DNA of 26,214 bases from Myxococcota bacterium (GCA_036337435.1 JAYZEG010000092.1:1-26214), one strand, 5' to 3'; counted from the first letter of the stretch, positions 1-10,905 are shown. Program-made: numbers and translations. Notes: generated by a model from the sequence alone, not told the origin.

Positions 1-4
1 GTTT

Positions 5-796
5 TTGAGTTACGCACCTCGCATGCCCAAAGAGTTTCTGAGCATTTATAAACGACGCCGACAGCATGCATTCGATGACATTCCTCAGGAGCTTGCGCAG
101 CACTACCCGAAATACTATCAACGGACGTTTCACTGGCAAACTGATGGCTGGCTCAGCAAACGGTCTGCGGAGCTCTACGATCCGGGTGTCGAGTTCTTGT
201 TCGGCGGCACCGCTGCGATCATGCGACGCATGCTGCTACCAGAGATCCTCGATACACTGGCAAAAGAGACCGAGCCAACCCTATTAGATGTCGCGTGTGG
301 GACGGGCCGCTTTATCAAACAAGTCAGTCAATTGCGACCGCAGGTCACAATCACAGGCGTCGACCTATCCCCTTTCTATGTCGACTATGCGGCCACTCAT
401 TGCCGGTCTCCAAACGTCAGGTGCACTACGGCCAATGCAGAGTCGCTGCCGTTCCCGGACAATTCATTTAGCGTTGTCACTTGTATCTACCTGTTTCACG
501 AGCTACCAAAAGACGTTCGACGCCAAGTTATGTCTGAACTGGTCCGTGTGGCAAAGCCAGGCGGGCTGATCGCTGTTCTTGATTCTGAACAACTCAAGAC
601 GGGGGCTGATATCGGGTCGTTCTTAACCCAGTTCCCGAAAGTGTATCATGAGCCGTATTACCTGAGCTATCTCCGCGATGACCTGGGTGCCGTAATGCGT
701 GACGCCGGCCTCCTGGACATCAACCACCATGGGCACTTCGTGTCACGGAGTTTCTTTGGCCGAAAGCCTTCGGGAACAGGGGGTGACAGTGTTTAG
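5..796 (+). CDS. Class I SAM-dependent methyltransferase (Methyltransf_11/UbiE-like), probably 5'-truncated by the window edge
   Basis: SAM motif I LLDVACGTG, then GVDLS, AESLPFPDNSFSVV, LFHELP, RVAKPGG. N-terminal YPKYYQRTFHWQTDGWLS is typical of a conserved subfamily. The frame is open to the window start, so TTG at 5 is probably not the real start. Stop overlaps the convergent gene by 4 bp. Confidence 0.88.
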   Translation: MSYAPRMPKEFLSIYKRRRQHAFDDIPQELAQHYPKYYQRTFHWQTDGWLSKRSAELYDPGVEFLFGGTAAIMRRMLLPEILDTLAKETEPTLLDVACGTGRFIKQVSQLRPQVTITGVDLSPFYVDYAATHCRSPNVRCTTANAESLPFPDNSFSVVTCIYLFHELPKDVRRQVMSELVRVAKPGGLIAVLDSEQLKTGADIGSFLTQFPKVYHEPYYLSYLRDDLGAVMRDAGLLDINHHGHFVSRSFFGRKPSGTGGDSV

Positions 797-2205
797 TAAA
801 GCATTAGGTAAATAAGAACGCCCGTGGTCGACACATAGAGCCATATTGGAAAGGCGTATCGGACGACCTTGAGGTGCTTGGCAACCTGCATGTGCCAACC
901 GCGGTACAGGGCAAAGAGCGACAATGGCAGGACGGCGACGGCGAGTACGATGTGGCTGAGCAAGATGAATAAGTAGGTGCCTCGGTAGTCACCCACGTAC
1001 TTTTTCGGACCCTCTTTGAAATAGTGATAGATGACGTAGCTGACTAAAAAAGCAGCTGAGAGACCAAAAGCAGCGAGCATGGCCTGTTTATGGCGTTCGA
1101 CGTTACCCCGCTTGATGTGCCAGAGCGCGACAACCAACAAAACGGTCACACACGCGTTTAACGACGCATTGAGCGTCGGCAAGACACCCACGTCCAATCG
1201 GCCTGCCAAGCCGTCTGGCCTCGGGCCTAAGATCAAAAATGCGACAGCTGCGCAAATCACCGCTGACAAAATATAAATGATGCGACCCGCAAAACCATCC
1301 CGCCGTTTTAAGTCGTCTTCACTCGCGCCGGGTGTGGTCAGTAATCTCGTTTGTTTACGGCGCGCATCGTCTACTTTTTTTATGGCTGCGGCGTCCAACT
1401 CGGTACGAATCTCTGTCTCCAGCGCATCCCAGAGTTCAGCTCGGGTGTCCAGTGCGCTAAACGCGGCATCGGCAGCCCGTTGCCAATTAGCCCTGTCGTC
1501 ACCACAGAGATAACAGAGCATTTTCTTTGCAAGCTCCCCATGGCTATCGCCATCCAGCTCAACATGTCTGTCGAAATAGTAGCGTAGTTTGGGAGATCGA
1601 GCGCCGTCAGCGGTGTCAACCCGCCTGATGAGCGGGCGGAACATCGCTGGAATAATGGCTTCGCGTGCAAAGCAGAAGGCGGCAGCGATTTCGATAGGGT
1701 CGCCGCGTTTAACCGTATCCATAGTCGCTGATGTGAAGGCTTTCGCAGCGTCTGGTGCACCACAGGCGTCCAGTGCTGTCTCGACGGGTACACCATCGCC
1801 CAATGAGCGGAGAAAGCTGCGAATCGGTCCAATATCAGCCCCCGTTTCCTCCATTGCTTCAATGTAAAGTTCGAGATGACTGAGGTGACGTCCGTCCGCA
1901 GTTTGGTCTGACTCTTCTCCAGCGACAACTTCATTGATGAATGCGCGCACATCCGCATCGCCAACCGGGATCCAGGGGGTTGTGGTGCAGGTCAACTCGA
2001 CTTGCAGTGCCTTGACCAAACTCATGAAGTCCCAAACGGCAAAAACATGGCTCTCCATGAACGTGCACATGGCCTTCCGAGTCCCGACGGCTGTGTACAC
2101 AGGGTGCGCAGTCAGAACGCTCTTTTTAGACCGCACCATGACATTAAGCGCGTCATACTGGTCGGCCGCTTGAGCTGTCTCAAATGTTAGTTTGGTCGCC
2201 TTCAT
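793..2205 (-). CDS. Fusion protein: N-terminal DUF3050 (heme-oxygenase-like diiron fold) + C-terminal DUF420 (CtaM/YozB-like) membrane domain
   Basis: aa ~30-260: HPVY, FMESHVFAVWDFMSLVKALQ, FINEVVAGEESD, SHLELY, YYFDRHVELDGDSHG (DUF3050 motifs). aa ~308-470: about 5 hydrophobic helices with LPTLNASLN, HKQAM, FLVSYVIYH, ILLSHIVLA, PIWLYVSTTGVLIY (DUF420 motifs). A charged linker joins them in one uninterrupted frame. Confidence 0.85.
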   Translation of the reverse strand: MKATKLTFETAQAADQYDALNVMVRSKKSVLTAHPVYTAVGTRKAMCTFMESHVFAVWDFMSLVKALQVELTCTTTPWIPVGDADVRAFINEVVAGEESDQTADGRHLSHLELYIEAMEETGADIGPIRSFLRSLGDGVPVETALDACGAPDAAKAFTSATMDTVKRGDPIEIAAAFCFAREAIIPAMFRPLIRRVDTADGARSPKLRYYFDRHVELDGDSHGELAKKMLCYLCGDDRANWQRAADAAFSALDTRAELWDALETEIRTELDAAAIKKVDDARRKQTRLLTTPGASEDDLKRRDGFAGRIIYILSAVICAAVAFLILGPRPDGLAGRLDVGVLPTLNASLNACVTVLLVVALWHIKRGNVERHKQAMLAAFGLSAAFLVSYVIYHYFKEGPKKYVGDYRGTYLFILLSHIVLAVAVLPLSLFALYRGWHMQVAKHLKVVRYAFPIWLYVSTTGVLIYLMLY

Positions 2206-2556
2206 CGAATCACTACACCCGCAACAGCGTACTCATACCTAGAACGGAAACGGCTGGACCAAACGGCCGTGGTCTGCGCACCAATGTGCCAGACCAAACT
2301 GGTTTCGCGCTCTCAGGCGAGCAAGTGCTGATGCATCTCATTGTTTGCGCGCCTCTTTTGAGCCGGTTTACCCCTGCTTAAGGACAGGCACAAATAAGCC
2401 AGCTCGCTTCATATTACAACAAAAGTTCACGAACTCCTGTTGGTTGAGGATACCTCAAATCTAAAAAAGTCACGCAATAAACAACCGCTGCGGTTGCCCC
2501 GACTCACCCAGGCGAGCTAATCTGGCGATATCTCGAATGGGGAGACAGTCAACAAC

Positions 2557-5500
2557 ATGCGAGCCATTTATTTTTTCGGACTCCTACTTCTGGTGTCGTG
2601 CGGCGAAGAGACCAGCAGCGATCCGCAGCGAGCGCTCGATCGCGGCGTTCCGGATCAATCCATCGCCGATGCCAATACGACCCCCGACGCGCAAGCGGCC
2701 CCCGTATGCGGTGATGGCCGATTACAACGCGGTGAATCATGCGATGACGGTAACCTCATTAATGAGGACGGTTGCGACAGAAATTGTACGATTACGGGGT
2801 GCGGGAATGGCGTAGTCACCGGAAACGAAGGCTGTGATGACGGCAATCAAATCGATGGAGACGGATGTGATTCAAATTGCCGACCAACCGCGTGCGGCAA
2901 TGGCATACAGACCGAGCGGGAACAATGTGACGATGGCAATCGATCCAATGGAGATGGTTGCGATGAAAACTGCACGCTCAGCGCCTGCGGCAATGGAATC
3001 CTGTCGGGAGATGAGGCCTGCGATGATGGTAATTTAGATGATGCCGACGGCTGCGACAGCAATTGCACTACGACCGCGTGTGGCAATGGGGTCCTGACGC
3101 GAGGCGAAGCATGCGACGACGGTAATCTGGTCGACGGAGACGGTTGCGATAGTAATTGCCGACCAACCGGCTGTGGCAACGGCGCAATTTCTGACGGCGA
3201 AAGCTGCGATGACGGAAACCAGGTCGATGGAGACGGCTGCGACAGCAACTGCCAACCCACCGGCTGCGGCAATGATCTCATATCGGTTGGCGAAGCATGC
3301 GATGATGGTAACGAAATCGATGGCGATGGCTGTGACAGTAACTGTACACCGACGGGTTGCGGAAATGGCATCCTGACGGAGGGCGAACTCTGTGATGACG
3401 GCGATCTGATCGACGGCGATGGCTGCGATAGCAATTGTACGCACACAGGATGCCAGAACGGCGTCATAACCAATGGCGAAGACTGTGATGACGGTAACGC
3501 TGATAACGGCGACGGTTGCGATGAAAACTGCACACTCACCGGATGTGGTAACGGGGTTACGACCGACGATGAAATCTGCGACGATGGCAACCTTTTAAGT
3601 GGCGATGGCTGCGATAACAACTGCACCCAAACGGCCTGCGGCAATGCCGTGGTGACCGATCCTGAGGAATGTGATGACGGGAATCAAATCGATGGCGATG
3701 GCTGCGACAACGACTGCAGCGTAACGGGCTGTGGAAATGGAATCCAGACGGCGGACGAAGTGTGCGACGACGGTAATGACGTCGACGGAGATGGTTGTGA
3801 TACCAACTGTACGCTCAGTGCCTGCTCAAACGGCATCATCGCTCCAGAAGAAGAATGCGACGACGGCAATCTCGTACCGGGAGATGGTTGCGAGCCGGAC
3901 TGCACCAGAACACCGACCTGCGACGATTCAAGACAAAATGGGGCCGAGACAGATGTCGATTGCGGCGGCCCGGACTGTCTGCCTTGTTCTGCCGGACGCC
4001 TTTGTCGTGGCGGAAATGACTGCGCCAGCCAGATTTGCAGTCGCGGACTCTGTGGAAATGCATCGTGCTATGACGGAATTCTCAACGGCTCAGAGGGCGA
4101 TGTGGATTGTGGCGGCGAGTCTGGCTTAGCTCAGCGTGTCGAACTGGGCGGTGCGACCACCTGCATTGGTTTGGTGGGAGGCAACCTCCGGTGTCTCGGT
4201 GCGAATGATGTGGGGCAACTTGGACTTGGCGACACTGAGTCCCGAGGGATGATCCCTCAGCATCTTGGGGATGCCCTCCAGTCAGGCGTACCCGATGATT
4301 TTGGGCCTGTCTCAGACTATACGCTGAGCAACAGCGTGCGGTGCGTTCTGTCCATAGACGGACAAATTCTTTGCTCGGGTGCCCACCGAGCCTTCGCACC
4401 CGAACTCGACTTTGAAGCTGATGCGTTCACTGGTGACCAGGCCAATGAGGTCGGTCGTGCTGGAACGCGTTTCGAATCGCCCGATGACCCAGTTGTACAG
4501 GTTGATGCAGGCCTCGATTTCATCTGTGCTCGAACCCGGGGTGGTGCGATTTTTTGTTGGGGACAAAACGAATTCGGTCAGCTGGGTCGAGCCACCGATG
4601 AGGCGGCAGCTTCATTTCAGTTGGACACGCCTGTGGATTTAGGTCCAGGCCAAGTCGCCACAGATTTGGCGGTCGGAGGCCATACTGCGTGCGCCATTAT
4701 GAGTGATGACCGACTCAAATGCTGGGGTCGAAACGACAAAGGACAGTTGGGCTTACGTCAGCGGGATAATGTCGGTCTCGAGCCGAATTCAATGGGTGAA
4801 AATCTCGCGGCGGTTGATCTGGGGACAGGTCGATATGCCCGTCAGATCAGCGTCGGCTCCAAATTCACGTGCGCCGTCCTCGACGATGCCAGCGCAAAAT
4901 GCTGGGGGGCAAATGATCGAGGCCAACTGGGGCAAGGTGCTGCTTGGTTCTCCCACGGAACGGGCCGAGCGCATATGGGGGATAATCTACCGCCCATCAG
5001 CCTCATCAACGATGCCTCCATCGCCTCTATTTCCGCCGGACATCAACACGCTTGCGCTGTGACAGGCAACGGACGAGGCATCTGCTGGGGCGGAAACGAC
5101 AACGGACAACTTGGAATGGGTGACCAATTTGACCGAGGTCGAGCCGAAATTGAGCTCGCGGAATTGACGGGTATCGATATGCCCTCTGACTTGGGCGTAC
5201 TCCATATGTCTGCTGGCGGTGAACATAGCTGCGCAGTTCTTTTCGATAAACAGGTTTTATGCTGGGGGGCCAACGGCAGCGGACAGCTGGGCCAAGGACA
5301 TCGAGAAAGCGTTGGTTCAGATCCGGATCAACCTGTCGTCGCAGCAAGCTCAGTCCCATTGGGCAGGAATTGTCCAAAGTGCGCGACTGGGGCCGTTTGT
5401 ACGGAACGGGACCAATGCGAGTCACAGATCTGCCGAGGCGGCACGTGTCGAGAGCCTGGCTGTTTTGACGGGATTCAAAACGCTTTGGAAACGGATTCGG

Positions 5501-8500
5501 ATTGTGGTGGTTCAGACTGCCCAGCTTGTCCCCTTGGCTTCAGCTGCCTGGCGCACAGCGATTGCATGAGTGGAAATTGTGAACCTGTCGTCGGAGACAA
5601 TGGCGCAGGCCGATGTGGTGCGGCGAGATGCGATGATGGCCTGCAGAATGCTGCTGAAACCGATATTGATTGTGGCGGCCCAGCTTGCGATCCCTGTGCT
5701 GACCGACAGAGCTGTCAGGAGCAGAGTGACTGTGCGAGCGAACGCTGTGTCGATGGCCTGTGTATTTCCTGCGCCGACGGCGTTCTAAACGGCTCTGAAG
5801 TCGCGTTGGACTGCGGCGGTCCTGAATGCGCTGGCTGCCAAGATGGTCTTCCATGCCAAGAGGCCTCAGACTGTGAGTCTCAACTTTGCGCCGATGGCCT
5901 TTGCATTAGCTGTCGAGACGGCCAAATAAACGGTGCTGAGACCGCGACAGACTGTGGCGGACCGAGCTGCTTGGGCTGCCCCGATGGACAACCATGCCAA
6001 CTGAATTCGGATTGCGCCTCAAACCAGTGCGCCAACGGGCAATGCATATCTTGCACAGACGGGCTCCTGAATGGAGATGAAGCACAGATCGATTGTGGCG
6101 GGGCAACCTGTCCTGGTTGCCGGCCCGGTGCAGGCTGTCAACGTGCCATAGATTGTTCGAGTTTGCGTTGTGAAAACACCGTGTGTGCCCCATCGACCTG
6201 CTTTGATGGCATTCAGAACGGGACCGAAGGGGATCTCGATTGTGGAGCGAGCTTAGCGGTCGTCACGGATGTTGCCTTAGGACTCGACCACAGTTGCGTC
6301 TTGCTCGCAGGGGGGCGAGTTAAATGTTTCGGAGCCAATGACCGCGGTCAACTCGGCTATGACGACCGTTTGACTCGTTCAGCCCGAGAGCAACTCGGAG
6401 ACAGTCTTTTCCCCGTGCCCCTTCCCGAATCTGCGCGCGCTCTCGCCGCTGGTCACGGCAGTTCTTGTGCCGTGACTCGCAGCGGACGCGTGTATTGCTG
6501 GGGTGACAATCGCAACGGACAACTCGGTCGTGGAGACAATCGACCCGATGTGGGTGGCACAGCCGGCGATATGGCAAACGTTCTCCAGCCCGTTCAATTG
6601 CCGGCTGAGACTTCAATTAGCAGCCTGTGTATGGGCCAAGCACACGTGTGCGCATTGTCAGAACGTGGCGACGTCTTTTGTTGGGGACAAAATAGTCGTG
6701 GTCAGCTTGGCTACGACGATCGAACCACCCGTGGACTCACATCTGAGACCATGGCCTCCGTGGGCCCGCTGATGCTGGGTCAACCTGTAGAACAAATCGC
6801 TTGCGGCGACTTGTTTTCGTGTGGGCGTTTGAGCGATGGTTCGGTGAAATGCTGGGGCGATTCTGCCAGTGGTCAGATCGGCCAAGGTCGTTCATTTCCC
6901 TTGGGGGACGATCCTGGTGAAATGGCCACCCTTCCGGTAGTTGAATTGGGCGACGGGCGACACGTCCTCGGGCTGACTGCCGGAGCCAAACACGCGTGTG
7001 CACTTCTGGATGATCAAAGTGTTAAGTGTTGGGGCCAAGCTGCCTTTGGTGCTCTTGGCATTCCCGGCGATGCAAATGTCGGAGATAATCCTGGAGAAAT
7101 GGGGAACGCCCTACCGAGTATCGCCTTCCGGCCAGGGTTTATTCCGAGGACGATCCACGCTGGAGATGGAACAAGCTGTGTTCTCGGTGAAGATGCTCAG
7201 GCCGTTTATTGTTGGGGCCAGAGTGGCCGCTACGGGACGGTGGGCATCGAAAACCCAACCCCGATTATCCGATTCTCACTGGATTCGCCTCCAGTTCAAC
7301 TCGCCGCCCCAGGTCCTCTCTACAAGTTGGTCCTAGGCGAACACCATGCCTGCGTCATCACCGAGGAAAGAACTCTCCACTGTTGGGGCTGGAACGAGGC
7401 TGGGCAGTTGGGCCGAGGTGATCGTATCACCATCGGACGGAGTCTCGGTGACATGGACGCGACTGCGATCCCTTCATCACTTGGCCGCGGCTGTTTAGCG
7501 TGTGCAGATGGTCTCAGTTGTACGGAGAGTAGCCAATGCGAATCGAACGTCTGCCAGAATGGGCAGTGCGCCGCTATTGGTTGCGGTGACGGTGTCATCA
7601 ATGGCAGCGAGACGGATACCGACTGCGGCGGAGACACCTGTGGCCCCTGTGGACCGAGTGCAGCCTGCTTGATAGACCAAGACTGCCAGCAAGGACGATG
7701 CCGCGCAGGCGTCTGTTCAACGTGCGGAGATGATGCTCGAAATGGGTTTGAGACCGGTGTCGATTGCGGTGGTCGTGATTGTGGCCCGTGTCCGAACGGA
7801 GCAACCTGTGTTGAGTCAATGGATTGTTTGAGTTTTGCCTGTATCGATGGGAGCTGCCGCCCTCGCAGCTGCGATGATGGCATTGCGAACGGACCCGAAA
7901 CCGATGTCGACTGTGGTGGAGACGAATGCGATGGTTGTCGAGACGGCTTACTGTGCCAAATGGATGCGGACTGCGGCTCAAATCAATGTCGGGCGAATGT
8001 GTGTACCTCGTGCGACGATGGGATTCAAAATGCCGGTGAGACCGGTGTAGATTGCGGTGGTCCAGACTGTTCACCGTGCGATGCTGATGGAGCCTGCCTC
8101 GTAGATTCCGACTGCAACAGCCGTATCTGTCAGGCTGGTTTCTGCCGTCTTGAAAGCTGTAATGATGGAATCAAGAATGGGGAAGAGGGCGACGTTGATT
8201 GCGGCGGAACCACACCGATCCGCGGACTGGGTCTCGGCGCGGAGCACTCATGCGTCGTTTTCGCCAACGGCCGTGTTAAATGCGTTGGCTCGAATGCTCG
8301 GGGTAAACTTGGACTCGGCGATGACGTAATGCGCGGCGATGACCCGCTTTTCATGGGCCAGGCCCTACCCTCAGTCGCCCTGGCCGAAAACACGTCGATC
8401 ATGGACGTGGGCGCCGGCTGGAACCATAGCTGCGCACTGACGTCCACCGGTCGGATCGCCTGCTGGGGTGGCAATACTTTTGGACAGCTCGGATTGGGTG

Positions 8501-9870
8501 ATAATCGAGATCGAGGTGCCCTTGCCGAGGATATCATACAGCCCTTTTCGTTTGTTGATCTCAACGAAAGGCACGTGGTCCAACTCGCTGTCGGCGGAAA
8601 TCACAACTGCGTGTTGTTCGACGATGGTCAAGTCAGCTGCTGGGGTGCCAATAGCCGTGGTCAACTGGGCCTTGGCGATCAGGAAAACCGGGGAGACAGC
8701 ATGGACGAGACCGGCCCAAATTTGAGAACTGTTTCCCTTGGCTTGGGGGTCACGGCAATCGCTATTAGTGCCGGTGCCGAACACTCATGTGCTCATCTAG
8801 ACGACAATACTGTCAAATGCTGGGGTCGGGGCGATTCTGGACAACTCGGCCTGGGAACAGACGACGATCGAGGCGATAACCCAAATGAAATGGGTGACAA
8901 TCTTCCTGTCGTCCGACATAGCCTAGCCTCGGAGATTGTGCTGTTGGGGACCGGTGCAGCACACACATGCATTCTCAATGATGAAGGCATGGCAATGTGC
9001 TGGGGGCTTAATACGTCGGGCCAACTCGGTATCGACCATAGTCGAAATATTGGTGATGACCCCATTGAATTGGGCCCAGCCTTGGACCCTGTACTGATCG
9101 ACGAACCGATGGATAGCCTTGCGCTCGGGTCCGCTCATACTTGCGCGCTCCTCAGGCGCGGGCGGATCCAATGTTGGGGCGCAAATTTTGACGGACAACT
9201 GGGCCTCGGACAAGACCTATCCCATGTGGGACGAGCGGTCGATGACATGTCCAATCTCAGTCGAGTCGTCAATCTAGGGCAAGGTACCAAGGTGATCGAC
9301 ATCGCCGTCGGTGACAATCATACGTGCGCACTCATAAGCGACAGGACGTTGCGCTGTTTTGGACACAATCAATTCGGTCAGCTGGGTTTGGGAGACCAAG
9401 CCAATCGCGGTCGTGCCGAGGATGAGATGGGACTCGGGCTTGGCATGCCAGACTTTGGACGACAATGCGACCAGTGCGATGTTGGGCGATCCTGCGACCG
9501 AGATGTGCAGTGTCGAACTCTAACCTGTAGTGACAACGGCCGCTGCGCCTTCCTCGGCTGTGATCAACCCGACTGTCCGACCTGTTGGGATGGACGAGTA
9601 AACGGACTCGAGACCGATGTGGACTGCGGGGGTGACGTATGCCAAGCCTGCGCGGTCGGCCAGCGTTGCGAGTTCAATCTAGATTGCGATTCGAGACTCT
9701 GTGACGGGGGGCGCTGTGTGAGTTGTACCGATGGTGTCCAGAATGGTCGAGAGACCGATGTTGATTGCGGTGGAGTCGACTGCCAACCGTGTGGGCAAGA
9801 TCGGCGATGCGAAAACAATCGAGACTGTGCCTTCGGTCGTTGTTCGATGAACATGTGCACCGCTAACTAG
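2557..9870 (+). CDS. Giant (2437 aa) Cys-rich lipoprotein: 13 Myxococcus-type Cys repeats, 15 'ETDVDCGG' 8-Cys repeats, three 7-bladed RCC1-like propellers
   Basis: Signal [15 protein letters not shown] (lipobox-like, Cys15); GGGGAG upstream. Repeats were counted in the translation. RCC1 blades follow the pattern G..H.C......V.CWG.N..GQLG. Confidence 0.9.
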   Translation: MRAIYFFGLLLLVSCGEETSSDPQRALDRGVPDQSIADANTTPDAQAAPVCGDGRLQRGESCDDGNLINEDGCDRNCTITGCGNGVVTGNEGCDDGNQIDGDGCDSNCRPTACGNGIQTEREQCDDGNRSNGDGCDENCTLSACGNGILSGDEACDDGNLDDADGCDSNCTTTACGNGVLTRGEACDDGNLVDGDGCDSNCRPTGCGNGAISDGESCDDGNQVDGDGCDSNCQPTGCGNDLISVGEACDDGNEIDGDGCDSNCTPTGCGNGILTEGELCDDGDLIDGDGCDSNCTHTGCQNGVITNGEDCDDGNADNGDGCDENCTLTGCGNGVTTDDEICDDGNLLSGDGCDNNCTQTACGNAVVTDPEECDDGNQIDGDGCDNDCSVTGCGNGIQTADEVCDDGNDVDGDGCDTNCTLSACSNGIIAPEEECDDGNLVPGDGCEPDCTRTPTCDDSRQNGAETDVDCGGPDCLPCSAGRLCRGGNDCASQICSRGLCGNASCYDGILNGSEGDVDCGGESGLAQRVELGGATTCIGLVGGNLRCLGANDVGQLGLGDTESRGMIPQHLGDALQSGVPDDFGPVSDYTLSNSVRCVLSIDGQILCSGAHRAFAPELDFEADAFTGDQANEVGRAGTRFESPDDPVVQVDAGLDFICARTRGGAIFCWGQNEFGQLGRATDEAAASFQLDTPVDLGPGQVATDLAVGGHTACAIMSDDRLKCWGRNDKGQLGLRQRDNVGLEPNSMGENLAAVDLGTGRYARQISVGSKFTCAVLDDASAKCWGANDRGQLGQGAAWFSHGTGRAHMGDNLPPISLINDASIASISAGHQHACAVTGNGRGICWGGNDNGQLGMGDQFDRGRAEIELAELTGIDMPSDLGVLHMSAGGEHSCAVLFDKQVLCWGANGSGQLGQGHRESVGSDPDQPVVAASSVPLGRNCPKCATGAVCTERDQCESQICRGGTCREPGCFDGIQNALETDSDCGGSDCPACPLGFSCLAHSDCMSGNCEPVVGDNGAGRCGAARCDDGLQNAAETDIDCGGPACDPCADRQSCQEQSDCASERCVDGLCISCADGVLNGSEVALDCGGPECAGCQDGLPCQEASDCESQLCADGLCISCRDGQINGAETATDCGGPSCLGCPDGQPCQLNSDCASNQCANGQCISCTDGLLNGDEAQIDCGGATCPGCRPGAGCQRAIDCSSLRCENTVCAPSTCFDGIQNGTEGDLDCGASLAVVTDVALGLDHSCVLLAGGRVKCFGANDRGQLGYDDRLTRSAREQLGDSLFPVPLPESARALAAGHGSSCAVTRSGRVYCWGDNRNGQLGRGDNRPDVGGTAGDMANVLQPVQLPAETSISSLCMGQAHVCALSERGDVFCWGQNSRGQLGYDDRTTRGLTSETMASVGPLMLGQPVEQIACGDLFSCGRLSDGSVKCWGDSASGQIGQGRSFPLGDDPGEMATLPVVELGDGRHVLGLTAGAKHACALLDDQSVKCWGQAAFGALGIPGDANVGDNPGEMGNALPSIAFRPGFIPRTIHAGDGTSCVLGEDAQAVYCWGQSGRYGTVGIENPTPIIRFSLDSPPVQLAAPGPLYKLVLGEHHACVITEERTLHCWGWNEAGQLGRGDRITIGRSLGDMDATAIPSSLGRGCLACADGLSCTESSQCESNVCQNGQCAAIGCGDGVINGSETDTDCGGDTCGPCGPSAACLIDQDCQQGRCRAGVCSTCGDDARNGFETGVDCGGRDCGPCPNGATCVESMDCLSFACIDGSCRPRSCDDGIANGPETDVDCGGDECDGCRDGLLCQMDADCGSNQCRANVCTSCDDGIQNAGETGVDCGGPDCSPCDADGACLVDSDCNSRICQAGFCRLESCNDGIKNGEEGDVDCGGTTPIRGLGLGAEHSCVVFANGRVKCVGSNARGKLGLGDDVMRGDDPLFMGQALPSVALAENTSIMDVGAGWNHSCALTSTGRIACWGGNTFGQLGLGDNRDRGALAEDIIQPFSFVDLNERHVVQLAVGGNHNCVLFDDGQVSCWGANSRGQLGLGDQENRGDSMDETGPNLRTVSLGLGVTAIAISAGAEHSCAHLDDNTVKCWGRGDSGQLGLGTDDDRGDNPNEMGDNLPVVRHSLASEIVLLGTGAAHTCILNDEGMAMCWGLNTSGQLGIDHSRNIGDDPIELGPALDPVLIDEPMDSLALGSAHTCALLRRGRIQCWGANFDGQLGLGQDLSHVGRAVDDMSNLSRVVNLGQGTKVIDIAVGDNHTCALISDRTLRCFGHNQFGQLGLGDQANRGRAEDEMGLGLGMPDFGRQCDQCDVGRSCDRDVQCRTLTCSDNGRCAFLGCDQPDCPTCWDGRVNGLETDVDCGGDVCQACAVGQRCEFNLDCDSRLCDGGRCVSCTDGVQNGRETDVDCGGVDCQPCGQDRRCENNRDCAFGRCSMNMCTAN
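2707..3915 (+). repeat. 13 tandem 93-bp (31-aa) coding repeats, Myxococcus cysteine-rich repeat (DUF4215-like)
   Basis: Consensus CGNG-x5-E-x-CDDGN-x3-GDGCDSNC-x4, period 93 bp (unit 1 TGC at 2707, unit 2 at 2800). Units are diverged at synonymous sites. Confidence 0.93.
4117..5370 (+). repeat. RCC1-like beta-propeller block 1 (7 blades, blade 2 degenerate)
   Basis: Seven blades, six with C(W/L)G.N..GQLG; blade 2 reads [10 protein letters not shown]. Confidence 0.82.
6247..7491 (+). repeat. RCC1-like beta-propeller block 2 (7 blades)
   Basis: Seven C(W/F)G motifs, from [11 protein letters not shown] to [11 protein letters not shown]. Confidence 0.85.
8209..9465 (+). repeat. RCC1-like beta-propeller block 3 (7 blades)
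   Basis: Seven well-conserved blades, from [11 protein letters not shown] to [11 protein letters not shown]. Confidence 0.87.
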
Positions 9871-9906
9871 CCCAAATCAGAATCATGAGTGCCGTTTTAC
9901 GACCGT

Positions 9907-10635
9907 CTAGTCATCGTCAGACTTGCCGTCCGCTGCTAAGTGCAAGAGCCCTTGGCCTGGCTCGATAACCAACCGTCCAAGCTCGTGGGGGGCCGCGACA
10001 AATTCTCCCGGGACAGGTTGATGCGTAATGCCGAGTAGTTGCTCTATCCGGCACGCGATATAACTCGCCAATCGTGCATCCCGGAGGCCTTTAAAAAGAC
10101 ACACTGTGTGCCCAACGGACTCCTGGATATAGAGATCGAACTGGCCTGCCTCACGCTCGTGCACATAAAGCTGTTTCACCGCACTTCGGTACACCCGCTT
10201 TTCTCTCAATAGGGGGAGTGGTCCGTACTGACTGCGCACTGAATCGCCGTCGAGGACAATCGCATAGCGATTAAACAGAAAAGCAGCCCCAACGTACGCA
10301 CAAGCAGCGGTCAAAGCAGCCATGGTCGTCACGAAGCCCATACTGCCCAACCCACGGCTCACTGCCCAGATGAGCGAATACAAATTAAGCCCGCCCAAGG
10401 CAAATAACAGCCCTCCTGCGGGTCTCATCCAACGCCGTCGAAAACTGATTTTCTGTCCATCGTCCACCAAGTTAATCGCCGCAGACGGTTTCAGAACATA
10501 GCTTGACTCGGTGGACGATGAGGCCAATTCGATTGCAAAGATATCGTCACACGAACGGCAAAGCCCGACCATGGATTGAAGATTGATATCTGTGCTTTTG
10601 ATTTGCTGAGAACAGCTTGGACACCGAATTTTCAT
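9907..10635 (-). CDS. Hypothetical membrane protein with N-terminal zinc ribbon
   Basis: CPSC-x17-CRSC at the N-terminus, two hydrophobic segments (GGLLFALGGLNLYSLIWAV; FVTTMAALTAACAYVGAAFLF), then a beta-rich soluble domain. It fills the gap between flanking genes. Confidence 0.75.
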   Translation of the reverse strand: MKIRCPSCSQQIKSTDINLQSMVGLCRSCDDIFAIELASSSTESSYVLKPSAAINLVDDGQKISFRRRWMRPAGGLLFALGGLNLYSLIWAVSRGLGSMGFVTTMAALTAACAYVGAAFLFNRYAIVLDGDSVRSQYGPLPLLREKRVYRSAVKQLYVHEREAGQFDLYIQESVGHTVCLFKGLRDARLASYIACRIEQLLGITHQPVPGEFVAAPHELGRLVIEPGQGLLHLAADGKSDDD

Positions 10636-10905
10636 GGTTGGATCCTAGCATAACTTAAGTATCCAACAAATTTGGATCAGTTCGACCAAAAAGCCAGTTC
10701 GTACACTCTCAATTTTCGGCCGAATCCGATTCTAAACATCGGTGTCTTCTGACAATTGGCCGACAAATTGATGTATGCGGTTCAAAACCCTCTTGACTCC
10801 CAATTACAAACAGCTAAAACAGTGGGCGTTTTTGTCGGATGAGATGAAATAAGTTTCCGATCCGAAATGTTCGTATGATGACTTTTTGATGGCTGGAGGA
10901 CTGCG

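Noticed and set aside
5..2205. Methyltransferase plus DUF3050 as a biosynthetic gene cluster
   Set aside because: The genes are convergent rather than operonic and no scaffold enzymes are visible; sequence left of the window is unknown.
2655..3905. Repetitive antisense ORFs (e.g. 2847..3644, QLLSQPSPS repeats)
   Set aside because: They mirror the 93-bp coding repeats on the plus strand and have no independent coding signal.
2707..3915. Regular 93-bp periodicity as a possible CRISPR or non-coding array
   Set aside because: Units are in-frame, vary at third codon positions, lack identical repeats with unique spacers, and no cas genes are present.
6520..8880. Several RGD tripeptides in the giant protein as integrin-binding motifs
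   Set aside because: They fall within the recurring RCC1 blade/loop consensus (GRGD, RGD.P.EMG), so they are explained by the repeat.
10793..10820. TTGACT-N16-TAAAAC as the promoter of the ABC operon
   Set aside because: Plausible location, but the -10 lacks the conserved final T and the spacer is suboptimal; too weak to call.
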